Below, in pieces: positions 45,753 to 55,939 of a stretch of DNA of 64,000 nucleotides. The DNA comes from Dehalococcoidia bacterium (GTDB taxonomy: Bacteria > Chloroflexota > Dehalococcoidia > Plut-88900). A program made the translations under genes and the position numbers. Positions within the stretch are counted from its first letter, which is position 1. The number at the start of each line of letters is the position of its first letter. The notes under the pieces were generated by a model. The model was not told the origin of the DNA, did no database searches, and was given only the letters and a program-made list of their open reading frames with translations. The DNA is taken from contig CBDBLV010000003.1 of NCBI GenBank assembly GCA_965207225.1, positions 192,001 to 256,000 on the forward strand. Direction: 5' to 3'.

Positions 45753-46120
45753 CTAGCCGATGGTGTGGGTGGGGGCTTCAGTTTTAGTGGGTTCGGACTC
45801 TTCCTCATCCGCCGGTCCCTTCGCAGGCATGGGTCGCAGGACCACCTGGACCCGAGGGCTCGGGTGAGGCGCATGATAGTGGCGAAGCTGGGGTTTCCGT
45901 CGGGGGAGAGGGTCTTGTAGAGGCCGGCCCGACTCATGCCAATCTGACGAGCCAGACCGCTCATGTTACTGGCTCGGGCGACATCACATAGGGCGGAGCG
46001 GATGAGGGAACCGTCACCAGGGTCTTCTTCAGCGACGGCTTCCAGGTAGAGTCGGGCGTCCTCCTCGTCGTCTATATAATTGGCAGGGTCCCAAACAGTG
46101 TAGCCCTCAGGCAGTTTCAT
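45753..46120 (-). CDS. Addiction-module antidote (HI1420-like HTH) with an apparent 1-nt frameshift near 45851
   Basis: WDPANY, YLEA..EE, VARA.NMS.LA, LYK.LS.DGNPSF.T; as written it runs on to 45683, while an added G restores LGVQVVLRP and a stop at 45753. Confidence 0.75.
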
Positions 46121-46418
46121 CTCAGCCTCCTCCATTCTTCGGCCAATGTCTGCGCTCGCATAATGTCTTGTCCCTGGGTGGACTTATCACCACCGCTAAG
46201 CAAGACAATAATCCGGTGGCCCTCCCTGATGAAATAGACTCTATAACCAGGTCCATAGTGGATCCTGAGTTCCCATAAACCCCTGCCTACTGAAGTTACG
46301 TCGCCCACGTTGCCTGAGGCCACTGTCTTCAGGCGTCCATTTATCCTGTTCTTTGCCTCTCGATCCCTTAGCCCTCGAACCAATTTTTGAATGACGCGCC
46401 CTCAATAATTTCAAACAC
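46117..46418 (-). pseudogene. Addiction-module killer (HI1419-like RelE/HigB toxin), frameshifted
   Basis: GTG 46418 reads MFEIIEGASFKNWFEG then stop; LRDREAK..GNVGD..VG.GLWELRIHYGPGYRVY..GGDKSTQ continues in another frame. Confidence 0.8.
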
Positions 46419-46424
46419 TCCGGA

Positions 46425-46454
46425 ATTGTAAACCTGAGTGGACACCAGGGTCAA
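46425..46454 (-). promoter_or_regulatory. Promoter of the killer/antidote pair, leaderless
   Basis: TTGACC, 18 nt, TACAAT, then 6 nt to GTG 46418. Confidence 0.55.
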
Positions 46455-46496
46455 AATCCCGATTGGAATTAGGTGGGCTTGTGGTAACATTCGGGG

Positions 46497-49400
46497 ATGG
46501 GAATGGACGGGTTTCACCTGGTAGTCAAATCGTGGTTTGAAGGGCAGTTTGAAGGGCCGACGGAGGCCCAGGCCCGAGGCTGGGAGTCGATTGCACAGGG
46601 GAAGCACACGCTGATCTCGGCGCCTACGGGTTCCGGTAAGACGCTGGCGGCGTTCCTGAAGTGTATTGACGACCTCATCTGGGAGGGGCTGGATGTGGGG
46701 CTGGAGGATGTTACGCAGATCGTGTACGTGTCGCCGTTGAAGGCGCTGTCCAACGACATTGAGAGAAACCTGGCGGGGCCGCTGGCGGAGATTACGACCA
46801 AGGCGGTAGAGATGGGGATACCGGCCCCGGAGATACGGGTCGGGCTGCGGACGGGGGACACAAAGGCATCCCAGCGGCAGAGCATGGCCAAGAGGCCGCC
46901 GCACATCCTGATAACCACCCCGGAGTCGCTTTACATCCTGCTCACGTCCAAGAGCGGGAGGCAGGGGCTGAAGGGCGTAAGGAAGTTGATTGTCGATGAG
47001 ATTCACGCAGTCGCAGACGACAAGCGAGGGTCTCACCTGAGCCTTTCGGTGGAGCGGCTTTGCGAGCTGGCGGAAGGGCCAGTAACGAGGATCGGGCTTT
47101 CGGCGACGCAGAAGCCGATAGAGGAAGTGGCAAGGTTCCTGGTCGGGAATGCGAACATCGGCGAGTCGGGGGAGCCGGACTGCCTGATAGTGAACTCGGG
47201 GCATTCCCGGAAGATTGACCTGGCCATCGAGATGCCGGGCTCAGAGCTGGGGCCAATAGCCAGCCACGAGCTCTGGGCCGAAACCCTGGAAAGGGTAATC
47301 GAACTGGCCAAGGGGCACGGGACAACGCTGCTCTTCGTGAACACGCGTCGGCTGGTGGAGAGGGTGGCACACCAGCTGACCGAGAAGATGGGTGAGGAGT
47401 CGGTAGCGGCGCACCACGGGAGCATGTCGCGGGAGAGGCGGTTCCAGGCGGAGCAGGCCCTGAAAGCGGGCAAGACCAAGATATGCGTGGCAACGGCGTC
47501 TTTGGAGCTGGGAATCGATGTGGGTCAGGTTGACCTGGTATGCCAGATAGGATCGCCGCGGTCCATCGGGCTGCTGATGCAGAGGGTGGGAAGGTCGGGG
47601 CACACGATTTACGGGACACCCAAGGGTCGGATGTTCCCTCTGACCCGAGACGAACTGCTGGAGTGCCTGGCGCTGGCCCGAGCCGTGCGACGGCAGAACC
47701 TCGACACGTTGTCCATCCTGAAGTGGCCGCTGGACGTACTGGCGCAACAGATAGTTGCAGGCTGCGTCACGGAGGAATGGGACGAGGATGAACTGTTTGG
47801 CACATTCCGGAAGGCATATCCGTACCGGGAACTGCCCAGGGAGAAGTTCGACGAAGTGGTGAAGATGCTTGCCGATGGGGTGGCGCCTCGGGAGGGGAGG
47901 AGGTCGGCGCATCTGCACAGGGATGGGGTGGGGGGGACGCTGAGGGCCCGGAGGGGGGCCCGGATAACGGCTCTGACCAGTGGCGGAGCGATACCCGACA
48001 CTGCAGACTACGACGTTGTCGCCGACCCCGAAGGCGTCTTCGTTGGGACGGTCAACGAGGACTTCGCCATCGAGAGCATGCGGGGGGATATATTCCTTCT
48101 GGGCAATACGCCCTGGCGCATTCGCAGGGTTGAGAGCGGTAGGGTGAGGGTGGAGGACGCCCAGGGGGAAGCCCCGACGATACCCTTCTGGCTGGGCGAG
48201 GCGCCGGGGCGCACGTGGGAGCTTTCGGAGGAGATAACAGACCTTCGAAAAGGGATCGAGGAGCGGCTGGAGGCCGAGGGAGAGGCAGTCGAGTGGGTGA
48301 CGGAAGAGTCGGGGGAGGGAGGGGAGGCGGCGCAGCAGGCGGTGGCCTATGTGGATGAGGGGCGTCGAGTGCTGGGCGGTGTGCCCTCGGGGAAGAAAAT
48401 CTACGCGGAGCGGTTCTTCGACGAGTCCGGAGGGACACAGGTGGTGATTCACTCGCCGCTCGGGGCGAGGGTGAACCGGGCGTGGGGACTGGCACTGCGA
48501 AAGCAGATATGCCGCAGCTTCGATTTCGAGCTGCAGGCGGCGGCCACCGACGACGGGATCAACTTCTCCCTGGGCCCGAGCCTATCCTTCCCATTGGAAG
48601 AGATGTTCAGCTTCCTCACACCCCGGAACGTGGAAAAGGTGTTGACGCAGGCAGCACTCCAAGCACCTTTATTCCAGACACGATGGCGGTGGAATGCGAC
48701 TCGGGCGCTGGCGATTTTGCGGTTCTCGGGGGGGAAGAAAGTCCCGGCTCCATTGGTGCGGATGAGGTCGGATGATCTGCTGGCCTCGGTGTTTCCGGCG
48801 CAGGTGCAGTGCCAGGACAACGCCCCGATGGCCGACATAGAGATGCCGGACCACCCCCTGGTCTTCGAGACGGTGCGTGATTGTCTCACGGAGGCCATGG
48901 ACCTGGACGGCCTTACCCGCCTGCTGGCTGATATTGAACAGGGCAAGGTGGAGGTATTCGCTCGGGATACGCCCCAGCCCTCGGTGTTTTCTCACCAGAT
49001 TTTGAATGCCATGCCATACGCGTTCCTGGACGACGCTCCCCTGGAGGAGCGGAGGTCGAGGGCGGTCTCGCTGCGGCGGGCGTTGCCGGAGGACTCCCGG
49101 GACCTGGCATCGCTGGACTCGGAGGCGATTGCGGCTGCGGCAGAGGATGCATGGCCTCCGGCCCGCGATACTTACGAACTACATGACTTGCTTTTGAGCG
49201 TGGGGCCGCTTTCGGAAAAGGAAATCGGGGAGCGGTATGGCAACGTTGAAGGTGGGATGGTGGAGGGGTGGCTGGGAGAGCTGACCGAGACGGGTAGGGT
49301 GACGACGTTCAGCAGAGGGGACGGAGGTCGGGCGTGGGTGGCCGTGGAGTCGGTGCGGGAAATTATGGGGGCTTACCCGGACGCCGTCTTAGACCCCACG

Positions 49401-50816
49401 CCGCCCGCACGATTTCTAAGCGACCGTGACACCGATGCCGGCGAAGCCGCCGTGAAGCTGGTCAGGGGCAGGACGGAAGTGTCGGGGCCGCAGACTTTGG
49501 CGGAAATCTGTGAAGGGCTGGCTTTGCCGGAGGGGTTAGTGAAGTCGGCGCTGGTCCGGCTGGAGGGCGAAGGCCATGTCCTGAGGGGCTTCTTCAGGCC
49601 CGGGGCCATGGAAGAGGAGTTCTGCGACAGGCGGATCCTGGCGCGAATACACAGAGCGACGATCTCGAGGCTGCGGAGGGAGATTGAGCCGGTCTCCGAG
49701 GCGGTGTTTATGCGGTTCCTGCTGCGCTGGCAGCACGCAGAGCCCGACAGGATGCTGAGCGGGGAGTCGGGGCTGGTGGAGGCTATCGAGCAGTTGCAAG
49801 GTTTCGAGGCGGCGGCGGGTGCGTGGGAAGCTCACTTGCTGAAGGCCCGGGTTGCCGGATACGAACCCTCCATGCTGGACGACTTGTGCTTCGGCGGCGA
49901 GGTGGTGTGGGGAAGGATGACGCAGCGCCACCACGCAATCGAGCAGCCAATTTCCAAGGTCGGTCTGACGCGTAACGGACCCATAACTCTTGGGCTCCGG
50001 GAGAACCTGGACTGGCTACTGGACCCGCCTCCCGAGGATGACTCGGGGCTGGGAGGGGCTGCGCGGGACATTCTCCACGTGCTGGAGAAGCGGGGAGCAT
50101 CCTTCCAATCGGACATCGCTAAGCTAAGCCGACGGCTTCCATCGGAGGTGAAGGACGGGCTTTGGCAGTTAGTCGCGGCGGGTCGGGTCACGGCGGACGG
50201 GTTTACACCACTGAGGCAGGTCAACAACGGTCCGCTCCCTGCAATGAGACGGAGGGCGCACTTGAGGAGGCGGGCGAGGAACCGGCCTTCGACGACCCGT
50301 TGGTCGCTATTAAGACCTTTGGACGAATGTGATTCAGCCGAGACGGAGAGGGCATTCCAGCTTCTTCGCAGGTACGGGGTGGTGTTCTACGAGATGCTGG
50401 CACGGGAGCCAATGGCGCCGCCGTGGCGGGAACTGGTGAGGGTCTACCGTCGCGCGGAGGCGCAGGGAAAGATAAGGGGTGGTCGGTTCGTGTCGGGGCA
50501 CGTGGGGGAGCAGTTCGCGCTGCCCGAGGCGATAGAGATGCTGCGATCGACCCGGAGGCAGGAGGGGTCGGGGCGGTATATCCAAGTATCGGCGTGCGAC
50601 CCGTTAAACCTGGTGGGGATCATCAGCCCCGGGACCCGGGTGCCAGCGACGATGGGGAACCTGGTGGTCTACCAGAACGGGGTGGCGGTGGCGGCGGTGG
50701 AAGGAGGACGGCTGAATGAGAGGTCGGCATTGCCCCGTAACGCTAAGCTGGAGGTGCTCGCAGCAACCAGGCCGAGCCCCAGACCTCGTGCCAACCTCAG
50801 AGGCTTTCGAGTCTAG
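46497..50816 (+). CDS. lhr: Lhr-family SF2 DNA helicase, long form with C-terminal winged-helix/HTH_42-like region
   Basis: APTGSGKT, SPLKAL, TTPESL, DEIH, LSAT, HHGS, SLELGID, QRVGRSGH, RGGRFV..GEQFA, SACDPLN. Confidence 0.92.
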   Translation: MGMDGFHLVVKSWFEGQFEGPTEAQARGWESIAQGKHTLISAPTGSGKTLAAFLKCIDDLIWEGLDVGLEDVTQIVYVSPLKALSNDIERNLAGPLAEITTKAVEMGIPAPEIRVGLRTGDTKASQRQSMAKRPPHILITTPESLYILLTSKSGRQGLKGVRKLIVDEIHAVADDKRGSHLSLSVERLCELAEGPVTRIGLSATQKPIEEVARFLVGNANIGESGEPDCLIVNSGHSRKIDLAIEMPGSELGPIASHELWAETLERVIELAKGHGTTLLFVNTRRLVERVAHQLTEKMGEESVAAHHGSMSRERRFQAEQALKAGKTKICVATASLELGIDVGQVDLVCQIGSPRSIGLLMQRVGRSGHTIYGTPKGRMFPLTRDELLECLALARAVRRQNLDTLSILKWPLDVLAQQIVAGCVTEEWDEDELFGTFRKAYPYRELPREKFDEVVKMLADGVAPREGRRSAHLHRDGVGGTLRARRGARITALTSGGAIPDTADYDVVADPEGVFVGTVNEDFAIESMRGDIFLLGNTPWRIRRVESGRVRVEDAQGEAPTIPFWLGEAPGRTWELSEEITDLRKGIEERLEAEGEAVEWVTEESGEGGEAAQQAVAYVDEGRRVLGGVPSGKKIYAERFFDESGGTQVVIHSPLGARVNRAWGLALRKQICRSFDFELQAAATDDGINFSLGPSLSFPLEEMFSFLTPRNVEKVLTQAALQAPLFQTRWRWNATRALAILRFSGGKKVPAPLVRMRSDDLLASVFPAQVQCQDNAPMADIEMPDHPLVFETVRDCLTEAMDLDGLTRLLADIEQGKVEVFARDTPQPSVFSHQILNAMPYAFLDDAPLEERRSRAVSLRRALPEDSRDLASLDSEAIAAAAEDAWPPARDTYELHDLLLSVGPLSEKEIGERYGNVEGGMVEGWLGELTETGRVTTFSRGDGGRAWVAVESVREIMGAYPDAVLDPTPPARFLSDRDTDAGEAAVKLVRGRTEVSGPQTLAEICEGLALPEGLVKSALVRLEGEGHVLRGFFRPGAMEEEFCDRRILARIHRATISRLRREIEPVSEAVFMRFLLRWQHAEPDRMLSGESGLVEAIEQLQGFEAAAGAWEAHLLKARVAGYEPSMLDDLCFGGEVVWGRMTQRHHAIEQPISKVGLTRNGPITLGLRENLDWLLDPPPEDDSGLGGAARDILHVLEKRGASFQSDIAKLSRRLPSEVKDGLWQLVAAGRVTADGFTPLRQVNNGPLPAMRRRAHLRRRARNRPSTTRWSLLRPLDECDSAETERAFQLLRRYGVVFYEMLAREPMAPPWRELVRVYRRAEAQGKIRGGRFVSGHVGEQFALPEAIEMLRSTRRQEGSGRYIQVSACDPLNLVGIISPGTRVPATMGNLVVYQNGVAVAAVEGGRLNERSALPRNAKLEVLAATRPSPRPRANLRGFRV

Positions 50817-51523
50817 GCGTCCAGCCTGAGCATTTTGGCTTCTTTGCCTTCGCCCATCTTGTAGACAGCGGAGTACATGTTCCACCACATGTTGCGGCCC
50901 TCGAGAGCGGCGCGTCTTATCGAGGCCTTGGCCTCGGCCGTGGTGGCCATGGACATGGCGGTGGTCCAGCCCGTTTCGGCGTGGACTTCATCGGCGCCAA
51001 CGTGGACGGCGAAGTAGGCGGCTTCGGCCTCGGTAAAGCCGTATTTCTCGATGAGGGCCCTGGTTACGCCGTCGCAGAACTCGGTGAACATGTCCTCGAT
51101 GCCCATGGAGACGAAGCTGAGGGCCTCCAGCCACTTGCCTCGCATGGCATAAGCGGAGACGGTGTCGGGGTAGACCTTGGTCTCGGGGATCATAGGCCGG
51201 GAGTCGACGTCTTCCTCGGAAAAACCGGCCGCTGCTCCGGCCCGGATGGCGAGCTCCCAGTGAGAAGGAACGTCAGGGGTACCGGTGAGTTCCCCATACA
51301 GGTTCTCGGCGATCTCCATGCGGGTGTGTCTCGGGGCCATGGGGATAATTAGAGACAGGGAGGAAATGCCCTCCTCGACCGTGAATTTCAGCTGGGCGCA
51401 GAGCTCGGCGATGGTGTTTCGCTGGAGGTCGCCGTTGACCAGGTCGATATAGATAGGGTGCTTGCTGACGGCCTCGGACTGGATTTCTTCCCGCAGGTCT
51501 GTCCAAAAGGTGTCGGTGGTCAT
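50813..51523 (-). CDS. TenA/PqqC/CADD-like heme-oxygenase-fold protein
   Basis: KHP, ENLYGE...SH.EL, E, YFAVH..AD..H; SD GGAG supports ATG 51523. Confidence 0.8.
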   Translation of the reverse strand: MTTDTFWTDLREEIQSEAVSKHPIYIDLVNGDLQRNTIAELCAQLKFTVEEGISSLSLIIPMAPRHTRMEIAENLYGELTGTPDVPSHWELAIRAGAAAGFSEEDVDSRPMIPETKVYPDTVSAYAMRGKWLEALSFVSMGIEDMFTEFCDGVTRALIEKYGFTEAEAAYFAVHVGADEVHAETGWTTAMSMATTAEAKASIRRAALEGRNMWWNMYSAVYKMGEGKEAKMLRLDA

Positions 51524-51624
51524 GGCGTTGCTCCGTCGGGGGTGGTGTAGGGCGATTTTAGCATAGTTGGGTTGGTCGGCATCGGCTAGGTTTACAAGAT
51601 AGCCATCACCGAGGTCTCCCCACC

Positions 51625-51708
51625 CATTCCGCTGTTGAGACCCTTCGACTCCGCTAAGGGTGAGTGGCCCCACCACCCAGGAGCGCGCCTACGAGTGACG
51701 GCCCTACA
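51625..51708. repeat. REP-like cluster TTGAGACCCTTCGACTCCGCT.AGGG plus GCCCTAC-type element
   Basis: Near-identical to 63699-63740; relatives at 24593 and 55819. Confidence 0.7.
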
Positions 51709-51723
51709 GGGGAGACGTGAGAG

Positions 51724-52920
51724 TCAGGTTCGGGGGCGGGTGGGGATGATGATGAGAGCAAGGGCAGAGCTTACGTTAGTGATGCTGGCGCAAATAAAGG
51801 TGGACTGTATTGATATGTGGTCTGCGATGAGGCCGCCTACCACGGCTCCGAAAGCTCCAATAGCCATGCTTCCCGTATAGACCAGGCCGACGGAGGTGCC
51901 GTGCATTCCTGAGGGCGACAAATCTATAGTCATGGCTGCAAAGATTGGGAGGTAAGTGTATGTGACTGCACCGAGGGCAATGATGGTCAGAAGCAGTTGA
52001 GTCCCCGGGTCGGCGTAGGCCACTGCCAAGCATAACAGGCCGAATGCCGTTAGTTCGGGCACGAGCGCTGTCTTACGACCGTACCTGTCCGACACAAAAC
52101 CCAAGACCGGTTGGACTGCTATGCCGACGGTATGGAGAAGAGAAATGTACACCCCAACTTTCAGGGAAGAAAACTCCAGGTGCTCCCTAAGGTAGATGGG
52201 CAGGAAGGTTGCCATCGCGTAGTCGCCCATACTGACCACTCCGCAGAGTGCTACGATGGACATCAGACGCTGGTTCCTGAGGAGCGGCACTGCGGCTGAG
52301 AAATACTCTTTGAGCGAGGCAGCGCCCTGTCTGCTCTTCATAGTACGTAGTACAAGCCATACGACAACCGCAGATAAGGCGGCTGGGAAAAAGCTGTACT
52401 GGAGAAGCCGAGGCCAGAGGATGCGCTGCAGAAGCACCCCGGCCACCAGGGGCCCCAACATCTCTCCCAATCCCGCCCCGGCCCCGTGCATCGTGAGGGC
52501 CAGGCCTCTCCTATTGGGGAATCTGTCAGATAGGGATGCTATTGCCGTGGGGTGCCACATTGAAGTGCCCACGCCGACAAGGACGACGGCCAACGCGATG
52601 GCAACGTAAGCCCTTATCGATCCTGAGGCCAAGTAACCGAAGGCGATCAGCATCACCGCCGCCATCAGGATTAGAGGACGCTTGCTGCTGTATCTGTCAG
52701 CGATAAAGCCGCCGGGCATAGCAGCTACCCCGCTGCTTACGTCCCGGGTCATTACGAGGGCACCGGCCGCGAAGTTGCTCAGCCCCAGCCCTAGCTTGAT
52801 TTCGGGAAAGGTAACGGTGAAGGCGGCGCCGTAGAGGTGTTTGAGGGCGTGGCCGGCGACTATTGTGACGGCCAGCAAGCGGGGGCCGGGTTGGCGCTCT
52901 ATAGAGGAGTCTATGGTCAA
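51724..52920 (-). CDS. MFS transporter (paralog B)
   Basis: GH.LKH.Y, G.IADR, WHP.A, SDRYGRK; TTG 52920 follows SD AAGGAGG (alternative ATG 52941). Confidence 0.85.
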   Translation of the reverse strand: MTIDSSIERQPGPRLLAVTIVAGHALKHLYGAAFTVTFPEIKLGLGLSNFAAGALVMTRDVSSGVAAMPGGFIADRYSSKRPLILMAAVMLIAFGYLASGSIRAYVAIALAVVLVGVGTSMWHPTAIASLSDRFPNRRGLALTMHGAGAGLGEMLGPLVAGVLLQRILWPRLLQYSFFPAALSAVVVWLVLRTMKSRQGAASLKEYFSAAVPLLRNQRLMSIVALCGVVSMGDYAMATFLPIYLREHLEFSSLKVGVYISLLHTVGIAVQPVLGFVSDRYGRKTALVPELTAFGLLCLAVAYADPGTQLLLTIIALGAVTYTYLPIFAAMTIDLSPSGMHGTSVGLVYTGSMAIGAFGAVVGGLIADHISIQSTFICASITNVSSALALIIIPTRPRT

Positions 52921-52945
52921 TACCTCCTTGAAGGAGGGCATGGCG

Positions 52946-54160
52946 CTAAGCGGGGACGGGGTCGGGGGTGCGGCGAGTCGGGACAAAGATGAGCAGCAGG
53001 GCAGAGACTATCACCACGATGCCGGCGAAGATGAACGTAGAGGGCAGAGAGACTTGGTCCGCGAGGACACCGCCTAGAACAGCACCTATGCCGCCGAAGA
53101 GCATGGACCCCGTGTAGATGAGAGCTACGGAGGTGCCGTGCACACCAGGGGGGGACAGGTCTATGGCGTAGGCGACGAAGATGTGATGGAAGGTGAACAT
53201 CACAGCACCGATGGCGAGGATGGTTAGGATGAGCTGAGGACCCTCGGCGGCGTAGGCCAGGGCAATGCAGAGCAGTCCGAAGAAGACCATGCCCGGGACA
53301 AGGGCGACTTTTCGGCCGTACTTGTCGGAGATGTAGCCCATGATGGGATGAGTAACGATGCCGACGGCCTGGAGCATGGAAGCATAGATCCCTACTTCGA
53401 AAGAGTTGAAGTCCAGATCTTCCTTGAGATAGATGGGAACGAAGACGGTAATGACGTGGTTGCTAAGGGACCGGAACCCCGATAGTACAACCACGGCGAT
53501 AAAGACCCAGTTCTTCAGGAGGACGCCGGATGTCGAGAAATATTCCCTGATGGACGTGACGCCCTGCTGCCCTCTCAGGTTTTTGAGGGCGAACCATACG
53601 AGGACGGCGGCAACGGCGGTGGGTATGAAACTGTACTGCAGAAGTGCGGGCCAGGCGATGACCAGGAGCAGGCTGCCCGCGATGAGGGGCCCGAGAATCT
53701 CGCCGGCGGACCCGCCCGAGCCGTGGAGGGAGATGGCGAATCCGCGACGGGTCGGGAACCGGGCGGAGAGGGAGGCGAGGGCCGAGGGGTGCCATAGGGA
53801 TACGCCTATGCCGAACAGGACGATGGAGATGGCGACGGCCCAGTATCTCTCCAGGGTGCCGGCGGCAAGGTATCCGATGGCGAGCAAGGCCATGGAGATG
53901 GTGAGGATGGTGGCCCACTTTCCGCTGAAGCGGTCGGCAAGGAAGCCGGCGGGCATGGTGGATACGCCCGCGGACACGTCTCGGGCGGTGACGAGGGCCC
54001 CGGCGGCGACGTTGGTGAGCATGAGTCCCGCCTTGATCTCCGGAAGGACGATCATGAAGGCGGCGGCGTAGAGGTGCTTGAGCCCGTGGCCCGCGACTGT
54101 GGTGGCGGCAAGGAGGTATCGGCCCTGGTCCGTGGGTTGGGAGGCTGCGGTTGAGGCCAT
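52946..54160 (-). CDS. MFS transporter (paralog A)
   Basis: GHGLKHLY, GFLADRF, WHPSA, SDKYGRK. Confidence 0.88.
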   Translation of the reverse strand: MASTAASQPTDQGRYLLAATTVAGHGLKHLYAAAFMIVLPEIKAGLMLTNVAAGALVTARDVSAGVSTMPAGFLADRFSGKWATILTISMALLAIGYLAAGTLERYWAVAISIVLFGIGVSLWHPSALASLSARFPTRRGFAISLHGSGGSAGEILGPLIAGSLLLVIAWPALLQYSFIPTAVAAVLVWFALKNLRGQQGVTSIREYFSTSGVLLKNWVFIAVVVLSGFRSLSNHVITVFVPIYLKEDLDFNSFEVGIYASMLQAVGIVTHPIMGYISDKYGRKVALVPGMVFFGLLCIALAYAAEGPQLILTILAIGAVMFTFHHIFVAYAIDLSPPGVHGTSVALIYTGSMLFGGIGAVLGGVLADQVSLPSTFIFAGIVVIVSALLLIFVPTRRTPDPVPA

Positions 54161-54163
54161 TGG

Positions 54164-55738
54164 CTAGAGTCGGGCCCCGTACCTGGGATTGGGCCCGAGA
54201 CTGTGCTTGATGACGCCCTGGGCGGCTTTGAGGAAACGGATGATGATACCGCGGGTCTCGGTGGGGTCGATCATCTCCTCGACGCCGAAGGCCTCGGCGG
54301 TCTTCCAGGGAGTTGCTGCCTGACGCATACGGGCCTCGACCTCGGCGATGAGGGCGGAGGGGTCGTCGGAAGCCTGGATCTGGCGTCGGTGGGCGGAGTA
54401 GACGCCACCCTCGATGGGCATGTCGCCCCACTCGGCGGTGGGCCAGGCAAGCCTCAGGTTCAGGCGGTCGGCATTGCCGGTTGCTGCGCCCGCCATGCCG
54501 TAGCATTTGTGCAGGTAGACGGAGACCAATGGCACGTTGGCCTCCGCCAGCGCCTGGAAGGCGCGCATCCCCTTGCGCAGCGTGCCCTCCCTCTCGGCGG
54601 CGGGGCCGATCATGAACCCCGGCACGTCCACGAAATAGATCATAGGTATGTGGAAGGTGTCGCAGAAGTCTATGAAGCGGGTCTTCTTCTCGGAGCCCGG
54701 GGCATCCAGGGCGCCGCCCAGGTGCATCGGGTTGTTGGCGAGAATGCCCACTGGGTAGCCGCCCATGCGGGCGAAGCCGCATACGAAGGCCGGGGCCCGG
54801 TGGGCGCCGATTTCGAACCACGATCCTCGGTCTACGATTACTTCAATGACATCCCGGACGTCATAGGCTGCCTTCTGGTCTTCGGGCATGATTTTCAGCA
54901 GGACCTCGTCCTGGCGGTCGGAGGGATCGTCCGTGGGAACGTAGGGAGGCATATCCCAGACGTTCTGGGGGAGGTAGCTGAGGACGATCTTAAGCTGGTG
55001 GATGGCGTCGGCGTCATCCTCGGCTATGTTGTCGATCAAACCGGAAGTAACGGCGTGGACTTCGACGCCCCCCAGCTCGAACTTGTCAATGCGGTGGCCC
55101 AAGGCCCGTTCAACGAGGGGAGGACCGCCGGCGAAGGCACATCCTGCCTTGGTCATGACGCTGAAATGGGAAGCGGCGAGTCGGGCCCCGGTAACCCCGG
55201 CACATGCCCCCATGGCCGCGACCAGAACCGGGACCTCACCCATGAGTTTGTATATCAATGAACCTTTGACACTGCTGACCAGGGGGGCGTAACCCTGGTG
55301 GGCCTCCCACCCGATTCCTCCTCCGACACCCTCCATGAGCATGACAAGGGGTATGCGGTATTCGTGGGCAAGTTCCTCTATGAAGCCACCCATACCGCCC
55401 TTGAGCCGGTCGGCGTGGATTTCAAGGACGCCGCCCTCTACGGTGTAGTCCTCTCCCCCAACAGCGACGTCCCGTCCGTCGATCTGACCGAGGCCCATAA
55501 CGTAACCGGATGAAGTATCCGGCAGGCGGTTGCCTTCGGTATCGAATCGCTTATGGGTGGCAACAGTACCTACTTCAAGGAAAGAGTTGGGGTCGGTGAT
55601 GTGGTCGATGCGTTCGCGGATGGTCCACCGGCCGCCGGCTCGCTGTCGGGCGATGTTCTCGGGGCCGCCGAGTTGAAGGGCGCGCTCACGGGCCTCCACG
55701 AGCTTGGCTCGGGCGTCTTCCCATGTGAATCCGGCCAT
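54164..55738 (-). CDS. Acyl-CoA carboxylase/decarboxylase carboxyltransferase subunit
   Basis: T.RERI, D.TV.GG, GGPPLVE, LGG..H, D.PGFMIG..AE, K.YG.A, IDP.ETR; SD AGGAG. Confidence 0.9.
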   Translation of the reverse strand: MAGFTWEDARAKLVEARERALQLGGPENIARQRAGGRWTIRERIDHITDPNSFLEVGTVATHKRFDTEGNRLPDTSSGYVMGLGQIDGRDVAVGGEDYTVEGGVLEIHADRLKGGMGGFIEELAHEYRIPLVMLMEGVGGGIGWEAHQGYAPLVSSVKGSLIYKLMGEVPVLVAAMGACAGVTGARLAASHFSVMTKAGCAFAGGPPLVERALGHRIDKFELGGVEVHAVTSGLIDNIAEDDADAIHQLKIVLSYLPQNVWDMPPYVPTDDPSDRQDEVLLKIMPEDQKAAYDVRDVIEVIVDRGSWFEIGAHRAPAFVCGFARMGGYPVGILANNPMHLGGALDAPGSEKKTRFIDFCDTFHIPMIYFVDVPGFMIGPAAEREGTLRKGMRAFQALAEANVPLVSVYLHKCYGMAGAATGNADRLNLRLAWPTAEWGDMPIEGGVYSAHRRQIQASDDPSALIAEVEARMRQAATPWKTAEAFGVEEMIDPTETRGIIIRFLKAAQGVIKHSLGPNPRYGARL

Positions 55739-55874
55739 AGGTGGCTCCTTGGGTGGGGGGTGGGGGTATGGTAATGGGAAGGGGGAGGGGATTCAATAGG
55801 GGGTGGTCATCTGCTCCACCCTTCGACGCTGCTCAGGATGAGCGGGGCTGCCGTGCTCTGCGGTCGGCCATTCA

Positions 55875-55904
55875 TTGACAGTGGGAATGAAGTGCAAATA
55901 TCAT
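55875..55904 (+). promoter_or_regulatory. Sigma70 promoter for the sox operon
   Basis: TTGACA, 18 nt, TATCAT. Confidence 0.45.
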
Positions 55905-55939
55905 CGCGTCTGCTTTCGTACGAGACCCGATTTTCGCAA

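Noticed and set aside
46497-50816. Lhr plus the adjacent TA pair as a new defence system
   Set aside because: Long-form Lhr is a known repair helicase, the TA pair is divergent and broken, and no other defence genes are present.
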